32,000 nt of DNA. Source: Opitutales bacterium (GTDB taxonomy: Bacteria > Verrucomicrobiota > Verrucomicrobiia > Opitutales > Coraliomargaritaceae). The stretch lies in NCBI GenBank assembly GCA_049606355.1, contig JBMYVL010000002.1, forward strand, positions 150,001-182,000. The letters run 5' to 3'. Positions 28,482-32,000 of the stretch are shown here, in pieces. The translations under genes were made by a program, and so were the position numbers. Under the pieces are notes generated by a model. The model did not search any database and was not told where the DNA came from. It saw only the letters and a program-made list of their open reading frames with translations. The stretch's first letter is position 1, and every line of letters starts with the position of its first letter.

Positions 28482-29797
28482 CAGTCGTGCGGATCATTTG
28501 CTATCGCGAGATCTCGGTGTCGCAAATACAACAAAACAATCGTAGTAAAAATAAGGCTGCTTAGTGTAGCGCCCACTGAAATAGCGATGACGGTTGCTAT
28601 TGCTGTCGCGCTCGCGGCCACAAAGCTAATAACAGATAAGCGAATCGTGACCGAAATGATTTCATAAATGAGATAAAAGCGGTTTAGTCCAACAACCGGC
28701 ATAATCGCCGAAAAAGGCACACTAATAGAACCGAATAAAAGAAAGACCATCACCCACTTGGCGTAAGTTCCAGAGGTAGTCCATTCAGACCCACAAACTG
28801 TAACAAACAGAGGCCCTGCCCAAAATATCACAACTAATGCAACCGGTAATAGGCCCAAACAAATGTACGTCGAATATTTCATACATAGATGAAACAGGCT
28901 GTCTCGGCAACGTTGTGCCTCTACCGAGCGCACATAAAAAACACGCCTGAATGAAGTCTGCATCATAGCAACCGGAAGCTGCAGGATTCGAGTCGCCAAA
29001 ATATAAAAACCAGCCGTGGTTGCACCATAAAATGCAGCCAACAATACGGTCGGTGCCTGTTGAGCGAACATATGAATCACCTCCTGTGGCATCCGATAGA
29101 ACGGGAAGTCCCGGTATGTACGTGCCTGCTGCAAACCATCGCGTAGCGTTCCCATTAATTTAGGACGTTCTGGAGCTACCAGCGAACGCCACAAAAGACC
29201 GATCCTAACCCAGCGCTGCAAGACTGTACCGAGCAGCAAACCACTAGCTCCATACCCACTCAAGCCACCTAGAATCTTCGTGCCATTCCCTATGGTAGCT
29301 GCGATCACTGAACTCTCTGCAATTGATCTAAAATGCTTGCCGCGCATCCACCAGAAGACACACAAACCATCAGCACCAAGCCCCATCACCATCAGGGCAA
29401 CGAGTAGGAAAAATACAGGTGTCAGATTTAAATCAACGAGAGCCGACACCAAGCCACCACCCAGAAAACCTATGATCAGTAATAAGGCACAAAACGCAAC
29501 ACAGGTGTACATTGAGAACCTGAAAAGAGCCCCTGCAGGTTCGTTATTATCGGGCAACACGAGTGCCGCATCATAGCGAAGGGTGGATAATTTAGCACCT
29601 ACTTCCGAAATCGCCATAAATACGCCTAAGATACCGAACGCTTCAGGACTATACAGTCGTGTAAGAAGTAATAGGGAAAGAAAACCAATCGCTTGTACTA
29701 AAACATCACCGACAAAAAGATTCGCCACATTAAGTACGAACGGACTCCTGCGTAATCGACCAGACAGATGGATCGCCAGTTGCTTAGTAGCGTTCAT
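28481..29797 (-). CDS. wzx: Wzx-type polysaccharide flippase (MOP superfamily)
   Basis: The 438-aa protein has about 12 or more predicted hydrophobic helices. It has a typical Wzx N-terminus (basic stretch, then ...VANLFVGDVLVQAIGFLSLLLLTRLYSPEAFG) and sits in a Wzy-dependent locus. Confidence 0.8.
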   Translation of the reverse strand: MNATKQLAIHLSGRLRRSPFVLNVANLFVGDVLVQAIGFLSLLLLTRLYSPEAFGILGVFMAISEVGAKLSTLRYDAALVLPDNNEPAGALFRFSMYTCVAFCALLLIIGFLGGGLVSALVDLNLTPVFFLLVALMVMGLGADGLCVFWWMRGKHFRSIAESSVIAATIGNGTKILGGLSGYGASGLLLGTVLQRWVRIGLLWRSLVAPERPKLMGTLRDGLQQARTYRDFPFYRMPQEVIHMFAQQAPTVLLAAFYGATTAGFYILATRILQLPVAMMQTSFRRVFYVRSVEAQRCRDSLFHLCMKYSTYICLGLLPVALVVIFWAGPLFVTVCGSEWTTSGTYAKWVMVFLLFGSISVPFSAIMPVVGLNRFYLIYEIISVTIRLSVISFVAASATAIATVIAISVGATLSSLIFTTIVLLYLRHRDLAIANDPHD

Positions 29798-31034
29798 AGC
29801 CTAAACTATCCTGTATCGTTAGATCATTAACGGCACCTACGGAGACCGGGCTTTGACTGCCTCGTAAGCCATAAGCATTGATCAGTACTTCGCCGTCCAC
29901 TTGGTTGTTTGTAAATAGGGCATTTCCAGTTGTGTTTGCGGCATTCGTATAAACCAACAGAGCCGGACCTTCTGTATCCGATACTGTATTGCCAATAACT
30001 TGAATGCCATTAGCACCTAGGCAAATTCCAGCGCCGGTCCAACCAGTCGAGAGCGCGCGAACACCACGGATCTCATTACCAGCAATAAGAATCTGTGGAT
30101 TGGTTGCTCCCTCAGGATAGTCAGAAGGGTCAATCAGTGCTGTGATTGCCCCGCCGGAATGCACCACCACATTCTCGATATGGTTGTTGATAACACTAAT
30201 TCGGTGACTGCAGCGTTTAATATCAATTGCCTCTCCACCTTGATTTTCGTTGCCGATCGAATGAAAGCGATTCGCCATCACGATAATATCGTGGGGTTGG
30301 TCCCGCAGAGTGGCTCCATTGCCGATGTAAATCCCCTCCGCATAGGCGGGACGTCCACTGCGACGAAGGCCAGAATGATGGAAGTCACAGCCGACAATAG
30401 TAATGTATGAGCTGTTACCTCCAATTTTGAGTAATTCCTGTCCCGCATGGTCAAACTCACACTCGATGAAACGTATGAAATGGCACGCTCCGTTGTCGTG
30501 CGAATTACCCGAGTCGACACCGACACGCACCCCCCAAGTCGTTCCTTGCGAAAAGCGGAGGCCATAAAAATCAATATGCCGTGCACCTAAAACCCTCATA
30601 TTCGCACCTGAATACGATCCAGAAAGAACCGACTGATGTTTATTTTGGGCTGAGATAATGATCGGCTGGCTTGCCGTGCCGCGTACGTTTTTCAGTTGTT
30701 GGCCCCGGTATTGTCCATCGGCAAGAATAACGTGATCCCCAGCTTGCAGATCTTTTATCGCACGTGATAACTGCACGTCATTGGATACTTCTATGGTACG
30801 GGTCGGCTTCGTGATTCCAGGGAACGAAGCCATCGCTGGCACGCATATCCCAAAACTGAGCACACTCATCACTGCCCAAACAACCAGTTGCAGTGCCCCG
30901 CTCAATTGGCGGCTACCACAAGGGTGAGCGGATGCATACCGCTGGTTTGATAATACGCATATTCCAAGCAAAGCATTTAGCTTACAACGCCAGCTAGTGA
31001 CAAATGTTAGATAAAATGGTGGACCGGCACCCAT
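29784..31034 (-). CDS. Secreted single-domain parallel beta-helix protein, paralog of the N-terminal domain of the 14040-16544 product (PL6-like)
   Basis: It aligns colinearly with the other beta-helix protein. Matching pairs are IEVSNDVQLSRAIKDLQAGDHVILADGQYRG with VSVSNDSELVNAIDNALPGDRIVLADGNYSG, CEFDHAGQELLKIGGNSS with CEIDHAGQELLKVNGNSS, AYAEGIYIGNG with YAEGIYIGDG, GEAIDIK with GEAIDLK, and YPEGATNPQILIAGNEIR with YPSGATDPNIMIARNVIR. A signal-like segment LQLVVWAVMSVLSFGICVPAMA is present. The true start is uncertain (31034 or an internal start such as ATG 30869). Confidence 0.75.
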   Translation of the reverse strand: MGAGPPFYLTFVTSWRCKLNALLGICVLSNQRYASAHPCGSRQLSGALQLVVWAVMSVLSFGICVPAMASFPGITKPTRTIEVSNDVQLSRAIKDLQAGDHVILADGQYRGQQLKNVRGTASQPIIISAQNKHQSVLSGSYSGANMRVLGARHIDFYGLRFSQGTTWGVRVGVDSGNSHDNGACHFIRFIECEFDHAGQELLKIGGNSSYITIVGCDFHHSGLRRSGRPAYAEGIYIGNGATLRDQPHDIIVMANRFHSIGNENQGGEAIDIKRCSHRISVINNHIENVVVHSGGAITALIDPSDYPEGATNPQILIAGNEIRGVRALSTGWTGAGICLGANGIQVIGNTVSDTEGPALLVYTNAANTTGNALFTNNQVDGEVLINAYGLRGSQSPVSVGAVNDLTIQDSLGYERY

Positions 31035-31234
31035 TCTACGCTGTCAACTTTTGGATTTAGAGGGCTATGCTGCCGCCATTGGTCACTCGCCCCTAAAGGT
31101 CGAAACCACATGCCTTGATTATTTTGACTGGTTGAGCAAACGCCTGGCAGCTGCTCTGTGTGATCAGAGCAACTGGCGGTCCTGGCGCCTACTACTATTA
31201 AAATTGTATGCCTGATTCGACCCTAAGAGCGTCA

Positions 31235-32000
31235 TTACGAGCCGCCGTAATATTGCGTGTATTTTCGCACATCCTTTTCCACGCCATAGCCATAGTAACT
31301 CCTTGAGCGCGGGCCGTAGCCGATCGCCGCAGGTACATTTTTAACGCCATTCAATACGACACCCAAAACCGCCGCATTACTGTGATCCATCGCTGCGATC
31401 GAGTACCTAACTTTATTGCGGGTCGCCTTAAATTGTCGCGCCACAAAGAGGCATTCGTCGGCATTATCCGCAACCAAGCAGGCATCTGGAAATAAGCCAA
31501 CCGGAGGTGTATCGAATATTACGACATCAAAGGAATCTTTTAACTTGGCGAATAAATGGGCAATTTTAGTGCTACTTAAAATTTCAGTCGAACAATCACT
31601 CTGGCCGCCACTGCCAAGGAAAAAAAACTGTTCCGATACTGCAACAATGCCCAACTGTGGATCCGTAAGGAGATCCGCGTTTATCTTAGATGTATCGCTA
31701 CGCGCTGCTTGATACCATGGTATCAAGCCCTGTTTTTTTTGCTTTTTAGCAAACGTTGCCTGCAAGCTGGGACGCCTCAAGTCGCAGTCAACAAGCAGGA
31801 CACGGTGTTGATGCATCGCAAATGCCGAGGCCAAATTACCTGCGACCATAGACTTTCCTTCACCAGGGACAGAACTGGTAACCACCAAAGTATTGTGATG
31901 CTTCGTTTGCTTTTCATCCGATTGCAAACGTACCCGAGCGTAGAGCGCACGAAACGGCTCAATGAGATCGCTATCACGCTTTAAAACCGCTTGAGACAAG
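31235..32000 (-). CDS. BY-kinase (Wzc/CpsD-type tyrosine autokinase) C-terminal catalytic domain. The 5' part lies beyond the window.
   Basis: It has Walker A SSVPGEGKSMVAGNLA, Walker A' VLLVDCDLRRP, Walker B VVIFDTPP, and a C-terminal Tyr cluster RSRSYYGYG...YTQYYGGS. The reading frame is open to the window edge, so the TTG at 31999 is not a real start. Confidence 0.85.
   Translation of the reverse strand, partial: LSQAVLKRDSDLIEPFRALYARVRLQSDEKQTKHHNTLVVTSSVPGEGKSMVAGNLASAFAMHQHRVLLVDCDLRRPSLQATFAKKQKKQGLIPWYQAARSDTSKINADLLTDPQLGIVAVSEQFFFLGSGGQSDCSTEILSSTKIAHLFAKLKDSFDVVIFDTPPVGLFPDACLVADNADECLFVARQFKATRNKVRYSIAAMDHSNAAVLGVVLNGVKNVPAAIGYGPRSRSYYGYGVEKDVRKYTQYYGGS

Noticed and set aside
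31152-31171. A 7-bp hairpin (tgctctg-tgtgat-cagagca) in the gap between the BY-kinase and the beta-helix gene, considered as a terminator.
   Set aside because: There is no U-tract on either strand after the stem, and the stem is short. It does not qualify as an intrinsic terminator, and I have no other supported role for it.
31997-31999. The TTG shown as the start codon of the BY-kinase ORF in the ORF track.
   Set aside because: This is an artefact of the window edge. The frame is open to nt 32000, and the Walker A motif lies only about 45 residues in, so the chain-length-determinant N-terminal part must lie beyond the window.
1-32000. I searched by eye for tRNA, rRNA, CRISPR repeats, IS elements with terminal inverted repeats, integrases, restriction-modification genes, toxin-antitoxin genes or other defence-type genes.
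   Set aside because: No regularly spaced direct repeats were seen. No cloverleaf-like sequences were seen in the short intergenic gaps. No ORF has transposase, integrase or nuclease hallmarks. Every long ORF is accounted for by a housekeeping or glycan-biosynthesis family.

Overview
This window is an apparently bacterial chromosomal segment. Protein content, including LptB and an OstA-like protein, points to a diderm organism, but taxonomy cannot be established from sequence alone. It has two parts.

(1) Positions 1-12.3 kb are a housekeeping block. It holds a 5'-truncated ClpX-like AAA+ ATPase, ubiE/menG, a 154-aa unknown protein, dnaA with an upstream AT-rich DnaA-box region, an OstA-like/lptB/hprK operon, aspS, an amidohydrolase and mpl.

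(2) Positions 12.4 kb to the window end hold a roughly 19.5 kb Wzx/Wzy-dependent polysaccharide locus, almost entirely on the minus strand. It encodes:
- a WbaP-like initiating transferase
- five glycosyltransferases
- Wzx and a Wzy-like polymerase
- the C-terminal part of a BY-kinase
- a five-gene CDP-hexose tailoring cassette: RfbF, an atypical SDR, two TylCIII-architecture methyltransferases and an LhgO-like flavoprotein
- two paralogous secreted parallel beta-helix proteins that look PL6-lyase-like

I found no rRNA, tRNA, CRISPR array, IS element, integrase or recognisable defence or toxin module.

The most unusual items are the CDP-sugar cassette, which has no canonical 4,6-dehydratase, the beta-helix paralog pair in and beside the locus, a 625-aa tandem LptC/LptA-like fusion, and the dnaA locus, which lacks dnaN and has an unknown acidic-linker protein in that position. 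All functional calls come from motif recognition by eye, and no searches were run.
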